DNA of 64,000 nt from positions 10,868-74,867 of the forward strand of contig CAIZMI010000021.1 in NCBI GenBank assembly GCA_903934015.1, given 5' to 3'. Below the pieces are notes generated by a model. That model ran no database searches and was not told the origin of the DNA. It was given only the letters and a program-made list of their open reading frames with translations. Shown one piece after another: positions 48,797 through 58,048 of the stretch. The stretch comes from an uncultured bacterium (GTDB taxonomy: Bacteria; Patescibacteriota; Andersenbacteria; UBA10190; CAIZMI01). Every line of letters starts with the position of its first letter. The first letter of the stretch is position 1. The position numbers and the translations under genes are program-made.

Positions 48797-51700
48797 AAAT
48801 ACAGCAAAACGAAAATACCACATTAGGCAACGAATCTTATAGACCATTGCTAAAAGAAGTAAATTTTGACGAAGCGAAACAGTCACAGCTCCCGGCGATT
48901 GAAATGCTTTTGGCAATGGGTTACGAATATGTTTCTGTCGATGAGGCACTTCGGCAACGCGGGGGAGATATCGGCAATTTTATTCTCTCCAATGTCGCAA
49001 AAGAGAAATTGATGGAAATTAACGGGTACGAGGTGAACGGCGTGAAATATAAATTCAGCGAAAAAGATGTACAGGACGCGATTGATGAACTGGAGCATAT
49101 TCAATACGAAGGTCTAATCGATACGGCGCAGAAAATATACAACGTAATTATGCCGACGAGCGGTGGAAAAACGATCAAGGTTAGTATTGGCGGAAAAACC
49201 GTTTCCAAGAATTTTCGCTTTATCGATTTTGAAAATTTGGCAAACAATGTTTTTCACGTATCTGCGGAATTTGTCGCGTCCGGCAAACAAAATATTCGTC
49301 CTGATGTTGTTTGTTTTGTAAACGGTATTCCGTTTGCCGTAATCGAGAATAAAAAATCGAGTGTGAATGTTTCGGAAGCGATCAATCAAATGAATCGAAA
49401 TCAGGGGCCGGAATTTTGTCCGAAGCTTTTTACCTTCACGCAACTTTTAGTGGGGACAAATGGCAAAGAACTGGAATACGGGACAACGGGCACGCCGAAC
49501 AAATTTTATGTGGTCTGGAAAGAGAAGGGGATGGCGTTGGATAAAATTGATGCAAAATTGGCGACTTTGATCGCAAAGAAAATTAAGCCGGATATTTATG
49601 CGCAGATATTAACCGATTTGAATGGTTATACCAACGGGCACACACAGCGAACTGATCGCTTGCCAACCGAGCAGGACAGAGGAATTTTTGCGCTTTTTGA
49701 ACCAAAAAGACTTTTAGATTTGGCAAAAAATTATGTTTTGTTTGACGCGGGAATTAAAAAACTTTCTCGTTATCAGCAATATTTTGCGATTAATAAAATA
49801 TTAAATAGAATCAGGGAAGAAGAAACGATGCCAAATGGTACATCGAGACGCCGTGGTGGTTTGGTGTGGCACACGCAAGGATCCGGCAAGTCTTTAACGA
49901 TGGTGATGTTTGTCAAAGCGCTGATTGAAAATCAGGGGATAATTAATCCGCGAATTATCATTGTCACGGATCGGCGGGATTTGGATCGGCAGATTAAGGG
50001 AACTTTTAAGAATTGCAATTTAAAGAAAGAAGTAATTCAGGCGAAAAGTGGTCAGCATTTGTTGGAATTGATAAAAGAAAAAAACCTCGCGGTTATTACG
50101 ACAGTAATCGATAAGTTTGAGTCTGTGGCAAATAAGAACAAGAAGACATGTTTTGTTGATGCTGATAAAAATATCTTTGTGTTGGTTGACGAAGCGCATC
50201 GAAGTCAAAGCGGGATTGCCAATTTGGAGATGAATCGGATTATTCCGAACGCTTGTTATATCGGTTTTACCGGCACGCCGTTGATGAAAAAAGACCGTGA
50301 AAGCTGGAAAAAATTCGGCGGATACATTGATCAATACACGATTGACGACGCGTTGGCGGATAAAATTATTTTGCCGTTAATCTATGAGGGAAGATATGTC
50401 ACGATGGTGCAGAACGCGGAGCAGATTGATCGTCACGCCGAATATATCTCGGAGGATATTGTTAAGAAATTTGATACGAGTGCCGATTCAAAATTTCGAA
50501 CGCTACAGAAGCAAATTACGGCGGATGTTATCAAAAATAATCCTCAAAGAATCGAGGAAATTGCGCGTGATATAGAGAAACACTATTCCGAACATTTTAA
50601 AAATACCGGACTGAAAGCGCAAATTGTGGCCCCGTCCAAATTTTCGGCCATCAAATTTCAAAAGTTCTTCCAAGATCGTGGTAATTTATGCACGGCGGTG
50701 GTGATTTCTGATGAACATGATGATGGTGATGAAGAGGACACGCACAAGAAAGAAGTCGTTAATTATCTTGATACTGTTCGCAAAAAATACAGCAGTGTCG
50801 CCAAGTACGAGAAAGATGTGATTGATAGTTTTAAGTACAACGAGGATGGCATTGAGATTATTATTGTTGTTGATAAGTTGCTTACCGGCTTTGACGCGCC
50901 ACGCAACACCGTGCTTTACCTTGCAAAAGACCTGCGCGATCATAACTTGCTTCAGGCAATCGCCCGCGTGAATCGTTTGCATGAAAACAAGAAACGTCCC
51001 AAGACTGCCGGGTACATAATTGATTATTCGGAAAATGCCAAAAATATCGATACGGCGATGAAGTTGTTTGGCAATTACGATGAAAAAGATGTTAAAGGAA
51101 CGCTGATTGATGTTAAAGAGAAAGTACAGGAACTCGAGGAAGGTTATAGTCTTTTGCACGATATTTTTAAGGGGGTTGAAAGTACGACAGATGATGAAGC
51201 CTTTTTACGTTTTCTGGATGATGCGCCAAAACGAGAGATGTTTTATAAAGCGCTTAACGCGTTTATTAAGAATCTTAATGAATGTTTTGTGCTTCAGGAT
51301 TTTGTGCATGAATTTAAATATCTTGATATTTATACGCGGGAACTAAAAAAGTTTATGGAACTGCGTAAATCGGCCAGTCTAAAATATGCCGACCGCATTG
51401 ATTTGTCTGAATACAAGCAGGCACTGGTTAATATTTTGGACAAATACGTTGACGCTGAAGGTGTTGAACTTTTAACGAAGCAAATCAATATCACCGATCG
51501 TAAGCAATTTGAACAAGCGGTTGAAACATTGGGATCCGATAAATCAAAGGCGGAAGCCATTGCCGCGCAAACACAAAGAACGATTACGGAAAAAATGGAT
51601 TCGGATCCGGAATTCTATGACCGATTTTCCAAGAAAATTAGAGAAATCCTGCAGAAGATGTATGACGGAAAGATGGCGGATATTATCGCACTTAAACAGA

Positions 51701-52068
51701 TGAAACTTATCGAAGACGATGTTGTTGCAAAAAAAGACGCGAGTTTGCCGAAACCTATTGTCGCGGAAAAAGGTTCGGACGTATTCTTTCGCAATCTGCA
51801 TGGCTCATTTAATAAATTTAATTTGGAAGAGGAAGTTTATATCAGCTTGGTATTGGATATATTCCATATTGTAAAAGAAGAAGCAATTATCGACTGGCAC
51901 AATAATCTGGACGTAAAACGGCGCATGATTGGCGCAATTGATGATTTTCTTTATGACGTTGTTAAGCGGGAGCGGGGTGTTGACTTATCGGACGAGGACA
52001 TGAAAGCAATTATCGCGTCGGTAATGGCGCTTGCGGAGAACAATAATGGAATCTTTGTCGAATCTTAA
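48793..52068 (+). CDS. hsdR: Type I restriction endonuclease subunit R
   Basis: RPD..FVNGIP..VIENK nuclease motif, WHTQGSGKS, DEAHRSQ, FTGTP, LLTGFDAP, QAIARVNR. Confidence 0.95.
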   Translation: MKIQQNENTTLGNESYRPLLKEVNFDEAKQSQLPAIEMLLAMGYEYVSVDEALRQRGGDIGNFILSNVAKEKLMEINGYEVNGVKYKFSEKDVQDAIDELEHIQYEGLIDTAQKIYNVIMPTSGGKTIKVSIGGKTVSKNFRFIDFENLANNVFHVSAEFVASGKQNIRPDVVCFVNGIPFAVIENKKSSVNVSEAINQMNRNQGPEFCPKLFTFTQLLVGTNGKELEYGTTGTPNKFYVVWKEKGMALDKIDAKLATLIAKKIKPDIYAQILTDLNGYTNGHTQRTDRLPTEQDRGIFALFEPKRLLDLAKNYVLFDAGIKKLSRYQQYFAINKILNRIREEETMPNGTSRRRGGLVWHTQGSGKSLTMVMFVKALIENQGIINPRIIIVTDRRDLDRQIKGTFKNCNLKKEVIQAKSGQHLLELIKEKNLAVITTVIDKFESVANKNKKTCFVDADKNIFVLVDEAHRSQSGIANLEMNRIIPNACYIGFTGTPLMKKDRESWKKFGGYIDQYTIDDALADKIILPLIYEGRYVTMVQNAEQIDRHAEYISEDIVKKFDTSADSKFRTLQKQITADVIKNNPQRIEEIARDIEKHYSEHFKNTGLKAQIVAPSKFSAIKFQKFFQDRGNLCTAVVISDEHDDGDEEDTHKKEVVNYLDTVRKKYSSVAKYEKDVIDSFKYNEDGIEIIIVVDKLLTGFDAPRNTVLYLAKDLRDHNLLQAIARVNRLHENKKRPKTAGYIIDYSENAKNIDTAMKLFGNYDEKDVKGTLIDVKEKVQELEEGYSLLHDIFKGVESTTDDEAFLRFLDDAPKREMFYKALNAFIKNLNECFVLQDFVHEFKYLDIYTRELKKFMELRKSASLKYADRIDLSEYKQALVNILDKYVDAEGVELLTKQINITDRKQFEQAVETLGSDKSKAEAIAAQTQRTITEKMDSDPEFYDRFSKKIREILQKMYDGKMADIIALKQMKLIEDDVVAKKDASLPKPIVAEKGSDVFFRNLHGSFNKFNLEEEVYISLVLDIFHIVKEEAIIDWHNNLDVKRRMIGAIDDFLYDVVKRERGVDLSDEDMKAIIASVMALAENNNGIFVES

Positions 52069-52768
52069 TCGCAAATTCGTTTTTGGGTCATTTGAATATT
52101 GCTATGACTTGATTAAACAGGAACGAAAGACTTTGAGTCTTACGGTTACACCGAATTTACAGATTTTTTTGAAAAGTCCCAATCAAGCCGATAATAATCG
52201 CATTGATAAATTCCTGAAAAAGAAATGGTTCTGGCTTGAGAAACAGTTGGCGTATTTCCGAAAATTTCAGCGAAAACAATACAAAAAAGAATATGTTTCG
52301 GGTGAGAGCTTGTTTTATTTGGGGAAGCAATATCGTCTTCAAGTAAAACGAGGAAAAAATGAAAAAGTGTCTTTGTTGCGCGGATGCTTGTTAGTCATAA
52401 CGAAGAATTCGGTTTCTGACGGAGTGCACACAAAAAAATTAGTTACTAAATGGTTTGATGAGAAAACAAATAAAATTTTTAACGAGCGTTTTGAGGCAGT
52501 AAAAACATTGTTTGCTTATGATGAAATGCCAAAACTGGTTGTGAGAGATATGAAACGGCGGTGGGGAAGTTATAAAGATAATCATATAATCGGTCTCAAC
52601 CCCAAATTAATTCGTGTTCCAAAAGAGTGTATTGATTACGTCATCGCGCACGAAATGTGTCACGTGAAACATCGCGATCACGGAAAAGAATTTTATCGAT
52701 TATTAGAAAAAAAATATCCAAAATGGGAAAAAATTAAGGACAAGCTAGAGGAATTCGGGGTAAAGTAG
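52046..52768 (+). CDS. YgjP/DUF45 (M48-like) zinc metalloprotease, commonly downstream of hsdR
   Basis: SGESLFYLGKQY, MKRRWGS, DYVIAHEMCH..H..H...FY. Confidence 0.88.
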   Translation: MESLSNLNRKFVFGSFEYCYDLIKQERKTLSLTVTPNLQIFLKSPNQADNNRIDKFLKKKWFWLEKQLAYFRKFQRKQYKKEYVSGESLFYLGKQYRLQVKRGKNEKVSLLRGCLLVITKNSVSDGVHTKKLVTKWFDEKTNKIFNERFEAVKTLFAYDEMPKLVVRDMKRRWGSYKDNHIIGLNPKLIRVPKECIDYVIAHEMCHVKHRDHGKEFYRLLEKKYPKWEKIKDKLEEFGVK

Positions 52769-52772
52769 TTTT

Positions 52773-53100
52773 TTGTGTTGCTCTCGCGCTACAAATAAAA
52801 AACACACACCAAAGGTAGCTCCGAAAAATTAGCCTGTTGGCAAATTTTTTGGAGTTCTTCGGTTCTTGTGCAAAACGACTCAACAGGACGTTGAGTCGTT
52901 TTGTGTACATTGTATGGTTTCGCTTAGCGAAACAAATCTCGAGTGCGCTCGGAGGGACTCGGCTTCGCCTCGGCTAGCCACCGGTAAGCGGTTCCGTTTC
53001 GACGGAACATCGCTTACCGTTCTCGTCCCTCTCGCAACACAAGCAGTTGTGTTGCTCTCGCGCTACATAAACAAACCGCACCAAAGTGCAGTTTGTTTAT
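52773..53100 (-). repeat. tRNA-Arg(TCT)-associated multi-hairpin element
   Basis: 19-bp duplicate of the tRNA 3' end at 52943-52961; inverted degenerate copy at 53019-53067; 21-bp direct repeat 52773-52793 = 53047-53067. Confidence 0.8.
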
Positions 53101-53102
53101 TG

Positions 53103-53176
53103 TGCGCTCGGAGGGACTCGAACCCCCAACCTAGAGGTTAGAAACCTCTTGCTCTGTCCGGTTGAGCTACGAGCGC
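53103..53176 (-). tRNA. tRNA-Arg(TCT)
   Basis: Reverse complement gcgctcgtagctcaaccggacagagcaagagg-tttctaa-cctctaggttgggggttcgagtccctccgagcgca. Confidence 0.93.
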
Positions 53177-53290
53177 TTAAGCACAAATACTACTTTAAAC
53201 AAAGCATATTTTCAAGACACACAAGCTTGATTATTAAAGGAATTTGGAATAGTATTGCGATATTGGATTTTTAATTTCCAATAATAATTT

Positions 53291-53364
53291 GGTGGCTATG
53301 GTTCAAAAGCAGAACGTCCGGTTGTGGTCCGGGAGACGAGGGGGCGGTACCCTCTAGCCACCCA
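53291..53364 (+). tRNA. tRNA-His(GTG) with non-canonical D and T loops
   Basis: G-1 then gtggcta/tagccac acceptor with C73; anticodon arm tccgg-ttgtggt-ccggg; T arm gaggg-ggcggta-ccctc. Confidence 0.8.
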
Positions 53365-53384
53365 TAGTGGAATTAATAAAGTGA

Positions 53385-53461
53385 GCCCCTGTAGCTCAGC
53401 TGGATAGAGCGCCTGGCTTCGGACCAGGAGGTCGTGGGTTCGAATCCTGCCGGGGGCACCA
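53385..53461 (+). tRNA. tRNA-Arg(TCG)
   Basis: gcccctgtagctcagctggatagagcg-cctgg-cttcgga-ccagg-aggtcgtgggttcgaatcctgccgggggcacca. Confidence 0.95.
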
Positions 53462-53778
53462 AGTAATATAAAACAGTCCCCTGGGACTGTTTTATATTAC
53501 TTCTAGAAGTACGGCAGGATTCGAAGGGAATGTAAAATAATTGAACTGCTTCAATTATTTTACATTCCCCGGCTTTCCCTACTACAAAATTCCTTCGAGC
53601 GAAGCGAGCGGAATTTTGTAGTAGGGAAAGGAGTCCTGCCGGAGACAAGCCACCTGCGTGTGTCGTGTGCGGATTCGAACGGCAATCGTTGTTTCGTTAG
53701 TAACGAAACCGATTGTCGGTGGCCAGAAAATTTTGTATCAACAAAAGTTTCGAGGCCGAATCCTGCCGGGGGCACCAA
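53462..53778 (+). repeat. tRNA-Arg(TCG)-associated multi-hairpin element
   Basis: Antisense T-arm copies at 53512-53525 and 53671-53679; sense copies at 53631-53641 and 53757-53777 (21-bp duplicate ending in CCA). Confidence 0.85.
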
Positions 53779-53854
53779 AAATCAATCACGCTGTTGTTTC
53801 AAGTTATCGTCTATTAAAACACAGTAATTGGTGATATCGTGAAAAAATAAAAAT

Positions 53855-55066
53855 ATGGAAATAGATAAAGGGAAATTAGAAAATAATATTTGGAAACTCT
53901 ATCTATACGAAACTTTGTATAGCTTGATGTTTTACACTCCTATTATTGTTTTGTTTTATCAGAGTAACGGACTGAAACTAACCCAGATAATGATTTTGCA
54001 GTCTATCAGTTCTATTGTTTGGATATTGGCGGAAATTCCCACCGGTCATTTTGCCGATGTTATTGGCAGAAGAAAGTCATTGCTTTTGACGGGTATTTTC
54101 GCAACTTTAGCTATGACTATATATGCGTTTGGAAACAGTTTTTTCTATTTTCTATTTGCTGTTTTATCTTGGGCTTTAGCTGGTGCATTTGTCTCTGGTG
54201 CAGATTCAGCTTTTATGTATGACAACTTAAAAGCGTTAGGAAGAGAGCATTCCTATAAAAAAGTCTGGGGTAATGCAACTTTCTTTTATTTAATAGGAGT
54301 CGCTGTGGCGAGTATTGTTGGTGGTTTTTTGGGTGGCCATAATTTACGCTACCCGTTTTTTGCGATGATCCCATTCTATCTGCTACTGATTCTTGTTTCA
54401 CTTTCTTTTTATGAACCTAAGCATATTAGTGATTTGACGACTAAAAATTCCATATTTAATTCACTGGGATTAATAAAAAAGGCAATTTTTCATAACAAAG
54501 AAATACGATGGTTGCTTATTTATTCCGCGATTATTACTAGTGCTATTAGTGTTTCTTACTGGTTGTATCAGCCTTATCTAAAATTATCTGGTCTTAGTAT
54601 TGTTTATTTTGGCTTGGTATTTGCATCTTTTAATTTGATTAGCGCCGTTAGTGCTAAGTACTCGCACATTCTTGAGGAGAAATTGGGTCGTAAGGTTTCT
54701 TTGGCTTCATTATTTATCCTTACTAGCCTTGGATATTTATTAATGGGGAAAATAATTTTTATTTTTAGCTTTGTTTTTGCTTTTACTTTTCAATTTGTCA
54801 GCGGTTTTTCATCAGTAGTGATTTCTGATTATGTTCACAAAGAAATCGATTCAAGTGTTAGAGCAACTACATTTTCTATAAAAAGCTTTATTGACCATAT
54901 ATTTTATGTACTAATGGCGCCAATGGTTGGGTGGATAGTAGATGTGTATACTTTGCCACAGGCCTTGATGGTTATGGGTGTAATAGTTGGTGTTGTTGGA
55001 TGTATTATTATCGGTGCCATGATGTTTCCAGCAAAAGAGTTCAGTAATCGAAAACAGAGTGAGTAA
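53855..55066 (+). CDS. MFS transporter
   Basis: EIPTGHFADVIGRRKSL motif A, SGADSAFMYD, about 12 hydrophobic segments; visibly AT-rich. Confidence 0.9.
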   Translation: MEIDKGKLENNIWKLYLYETLYSLMFYTPIIVLFYQSNGLKLTQIMILQSISSIVWILAEIPTGHFADVIGRRKSLLLTGIFATLAMTIYAFGNSFFYFLFAVLSWALAGAFVSGADSAFMYDNLKALGREHSYKKVWGNATFFYLIGVAVASIVGGFLGGHNLRYPFFAMIPFYLLLILVSLSFYEPKHISDLTTKNSIFNSLGLIKKAIFHNKEIRWLLIYSAIITSAISVSYWLYQPYLKLSGLSIVYFGLVFASFNLISAVSAKYSHILEEKLGRKVSLASLFILTSLGYLLMGKIIFIFSFVFAFTFQFVSGFSSVVISDYVHKEIDSSVRATTFSIKSFIDHIFYVLMAPMVGWIVDVYTLPQALMVMGVIVGVVGCIIIGAMMFPAKEFSNRKQSE

Positions 55067-55093
55067 TCCGTCGTTTTCCTGTAAGATGCTTTT

Positions 55094-57166
55094 ATGGATC
55101 TAAACACACAGGTCGGTAATTTACCGGCCGTAAATGACAAAGTTGTTGCCGGACTTCGACGATTGGGGATTAAAAATTTACGTCAGCTTTTGTTTTATTT
55201 TCCAAATCGTCACGAGGATCGACGGGTGATAAGTAATGTACGTGATGTTGTTATTGGTAAGCAGTGCGTATTGCAGGGGAAAATAATAAAAATTAGCGGG
55301 GAAGCGACTTTTCGAAAAAGGCATGGAAGGGCAAAACAAGTTTTGATTACTAAGGCGTTATTCCAGGATGAGTCGGGAAGTATTCCATTGGTTTGGTTTC
55401 ATCAAAGATTTATCGAGAAAAATTTTCCCAAAGGAACGGAAGTCGTATTAGTTGGAACACCTTCAGAGGGGGACAGTGGAATATCAATTATTTCTCCGGA
55501 AGCGGAAAAAATTACCACTTTGCATCCGCCGGTTCATGCGGTGCGTTTTACTCCCATTTATTCTGAAACAGAAAATGTATCGTCGCGTTTTTTGCGATAT
55601 TTGGTGATGCGAGCATTGCCGTTAACACCAAAACTGATCGATTATCTGCCGGAAACAACAAGGGAAGAAGAGGGGCTGTTTAGTTTCAGTGACGCGATTA
55701 AGGGGATTCATTTTCCGGATTCGTTTGAAGAATTAACGTCTAGTCGCAAGCGTTTGGCTTTTGATGAGTTGTTTATTTTGCAATCGGCGTCATTGGTGCG
55801 CAAGAAAGAACGGTTGCAAGAAATCGGAATAAAATTAAAAATGTCGGAAGAAAAAATAAAAGTTGCCACGAAAAAATTGCCGTTTATTCTCACATCTTCG
55901 CAAGAAGAGGCAATAAAACAAATCGCGGGGGATATTGCAACTGCAGTGCCAATGAATCGTTTAGTAGCGGGAGATGTTGGTTCAGGCAAAACAGTGGTGG
56001 CCGGAATGGCTGCTCTTATTGCCAAAGAAAATGGTGCGCAGACAGCGCTTGTGGCACCGACAGAAATTTTAGCGACCCAGCACGCAGAGGGATTAGCAAA
56101 AATTTTTGAACCGATGGGTCTTCGTGTGGCGCTTTTGACTGGTTCGTTGAGAGTGAGCGAGCGAAACGCGGTTGCTGACGGCGTATTTTCCGGTGAGATT
56201 GATTTGTTGGTTGGTACGCATGCTTTATTTCATGCTGATCTGAATTTTAGGAAGCTTGGACTGGTCGTTGTTGATGAACAGCACCGGTTCGGCGTTGATC
56301 AGCGTGATGAATTAGTTAAAGGGGGCGAGGGTCAGCCTACTCCGCATTTTCTCTCACTTACGGCCACGCCAATTCCGCGCACGTTACAACTAACAGCTTA
56401 TGGTGATGTGGATGTTACTCCGCTTGATAGTCGGCCAGGGCAACAAGTAGTAAAAACAGAGGTTGTTCCGCCTGATCGGCGCGATGAGGTTTATCGATTA
56501 CTGGCTGATCGGATGAAAAATAAGGAACAAGTTTTTGTTATATGTCCGCGAGTGGAAGAGGTTGACGATGAAGAAGATGACACTAAATCGGTCATTACCG
56601 AATATAAAAAATTAATGTCCGTGGTTTTTCCTGATTTTCGAGTAGGAATGGTGCATGGTAAGTTGCCGTCGGATGAAAAACGCCAAATTTTGACAGATTT
56701 TCGTGACGGAAAATTGGATTTATTGGTGGCCTCGTCGGTTGTTGAAGTGGGAGTTGATATCCCCAACGCCACGGCGCTTCTTATCGAAGGTGCGGAAAGA
56801 TTTGGTTTAGCTCAGTTGCATCAATTTAGGGGACGTGTTGGGCGTCGTGGTCAGGAGGCTGTTTGTTATCTGGCAAGTGAAAGTCAGGACGATGTTGTTT
56901 TGAGTCGTCTGACAATTTTGGAAAATCTATCTAACGGATTGCAAATTGCGGAAGAGGACTTAAAACGTCGAGGGGCGGGGGAGATATACGGAACGCGTCA
57001 ATCCGGGGGTGTAAAACTTAAGGTTGCCAATATCGCTGATGTGCCGTTTTTGCTAAATGTTCGCAAGGCTGCGGAAAAACTTTTAGATCGTGACCCGGAA
57101 TTAAAAACAGCCGATTTGATTAAGAAAAGAATAGCGCAATTGAACGTCACGACGCATTTTGAATGA
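55094..57166 (+). CDS. recG: ATP-dependent DNA helicase RecG
   Basis: MNRLVAGDVGSGKT, APTEILATQH, DEQHRFGV, TATPIPRTL, AERFGLAQLHQFRGRVGR. Confidence 0.96.
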   Translation: MDLNTQVGNLPAVNDKVVAGLRRLGIKNLRQLLFYFPNRHEDRRVISNVRDVVIGKQCVLQGKIIKISGEATFRKRHGRAKQVLITKALFQDESGSIPLVWFHQRFIEKNFPKGTEVVLVGTPSEGDSGISIISPEAEKITTLHPPVHAVRFTPIYSETENVSSRFLRYLVMRALPLTPKLIDYLPETTREEEGLFSFSDAIKGIHFPDSFEELTSSRKRLAFDELFILQSASLVRKKERLQEIGIKLKMSEEKIKVATKKLPFILTSSQEEAIKQIAGDIATAVPMNRLVAGDVGSGKTVVAGMAALIAKENGAQTALVAPTEILATQHAEGLAKIFEPMGLRVALLTGSLRVSERNAVADGVFSGEIDLLVGTHALFHADLNFRKLGLVVVDEQHRFGVDQRDELVKGGEGQPTPHFLSLTATPIPRTLQLTAYGDVDVTPLDSRPGQQVVKTEVVPPDRRDEVYRLLADRMKNKEQVFVICPRVEEVDDEEDDTKSVITEYKKLMSVVFPDFRVGMVHGKLPSDEKRQILTDFRDGKLDLLVASSVVEVGVDIPNATALLIEGAERFGLAQLHQFRGRVGRRGQEAVCYLASESQDDVVLSRLTILENLSNGLQIAEEDLKRRGAGEIYGTRQSGGVKLKVANIADVPFLLNVRKAAEKLLDRDPELKTADLIKKRIAQLNVTTHFE

Positions 57167-57374
57167 TTTATGAATGACGATTTATGAGGCGCGCGTTGTG
57201 AAATTCGTGAGATGTTATTAGTGATTGACATTTGTGGTTTATATTATTAGTATAAGTTCTTGTGGTAGCTTTTTGGCTACGTGTTGATTGTTCATTTTTC
57301 ATTAGGTAAGAAAGGGGAATATTTTCGGACTTGTTTGCGTTCAGTTTGGATGAGAATCAAAACAAGAGGAAATC

Positions 57375-57989
57375 ATGACAGAAGAAAGAGAATACGGTAA
57401 TTTTTATTCGTTCGATCAATTGCTCGCCATTGTTCGAGAGCGAGGACTTCACAGTGGAGGAGCGCTATTTTGTGCACCTCCGAAGAGCGGGCGGAAGAAA
57501 AAGAGAACCGTTATTATCTCGGCGGGGGAATTGTCCGGGTTGCGCTGTTGCGCCTGTGGTTGCCACTTTTTTCGGGGTGGAAATGCGGGTAAGAATGAAG
57601 AGGTTGTGGTTCTCCGTGATCAAGATGCGAAAATTCTAGTTCCGTTGTGTGATTTGTGTGTGTGTCGGCAAGATCGACAAGGGGACGAAGAACAACAGAT
57701 CACCACTGCCGGCGTGGATTTGAAGGTCGGAGAAGAAGGCCAGATCACGACTGAAAATGGCGAACATTGTGAAATGGTGGTGGGCGGAACAACTGTAGTC
57801 GTGACGTCGGAATTCACCCCTAGCTGTCGTAGCTCGATCATTTCAGTTGCTGGTGTGAAGGATGATGACCTTCTGTCAAAGAAAAGCAAATCAAACGGAG
57901 GAACTCCTGCCAAGTGTTTGAGGAGGGAAAGGGTGTCCGGCGCCACGGCGATTCGTCGCAGTTGTCGAAGACGAGGTGTCCGCAAGTAG
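57375..57989 (+). CDS. Hypothetical Cys-rich protein (possible zinc finger)
   Basis: SD gagga, upstream TTGACA, CCACGC...CDLC, terminator at about 58017-58050. Confidence 0.5.
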   Translation: MTEEREYGNFYSFDQLLAIVRERGLHSGGALFCAPPKSGRKKKRTVIISAGELSGLRCCACGCHFFRGGNAGKNEEVVVLRDQDAKILVPLCDLCVCRQDRQGDEEQQITTAGVDLKVGEEGQITTENGEHCEMVVGGTTVVVTSEFTPSCRSSIISVAGVKDDDLLSKKSKSNGGTPAKCLRRERVSGATAIRRSCRRRGVRK

Positions 57990-58048
57990 CAACAGTGCGT
58001 GCCGTATGAGGATAGCCGGTGAGAGATTAACGTCTCCTCCGGTTTTTT

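Noticed and set aside
53757-53777. att site of a prophage or large integrative element
   Set aside because: The duplicate is only about 300 bp from the tRNA and there is no integrase in the window; treated as part of the hairpin element.
52866-53778. Short ORFs across the tRNA cluster
   Set aside because: These are translations of tRNA genes and repeats (e.g. VPPAGFEP is an antisense tRNA signature).
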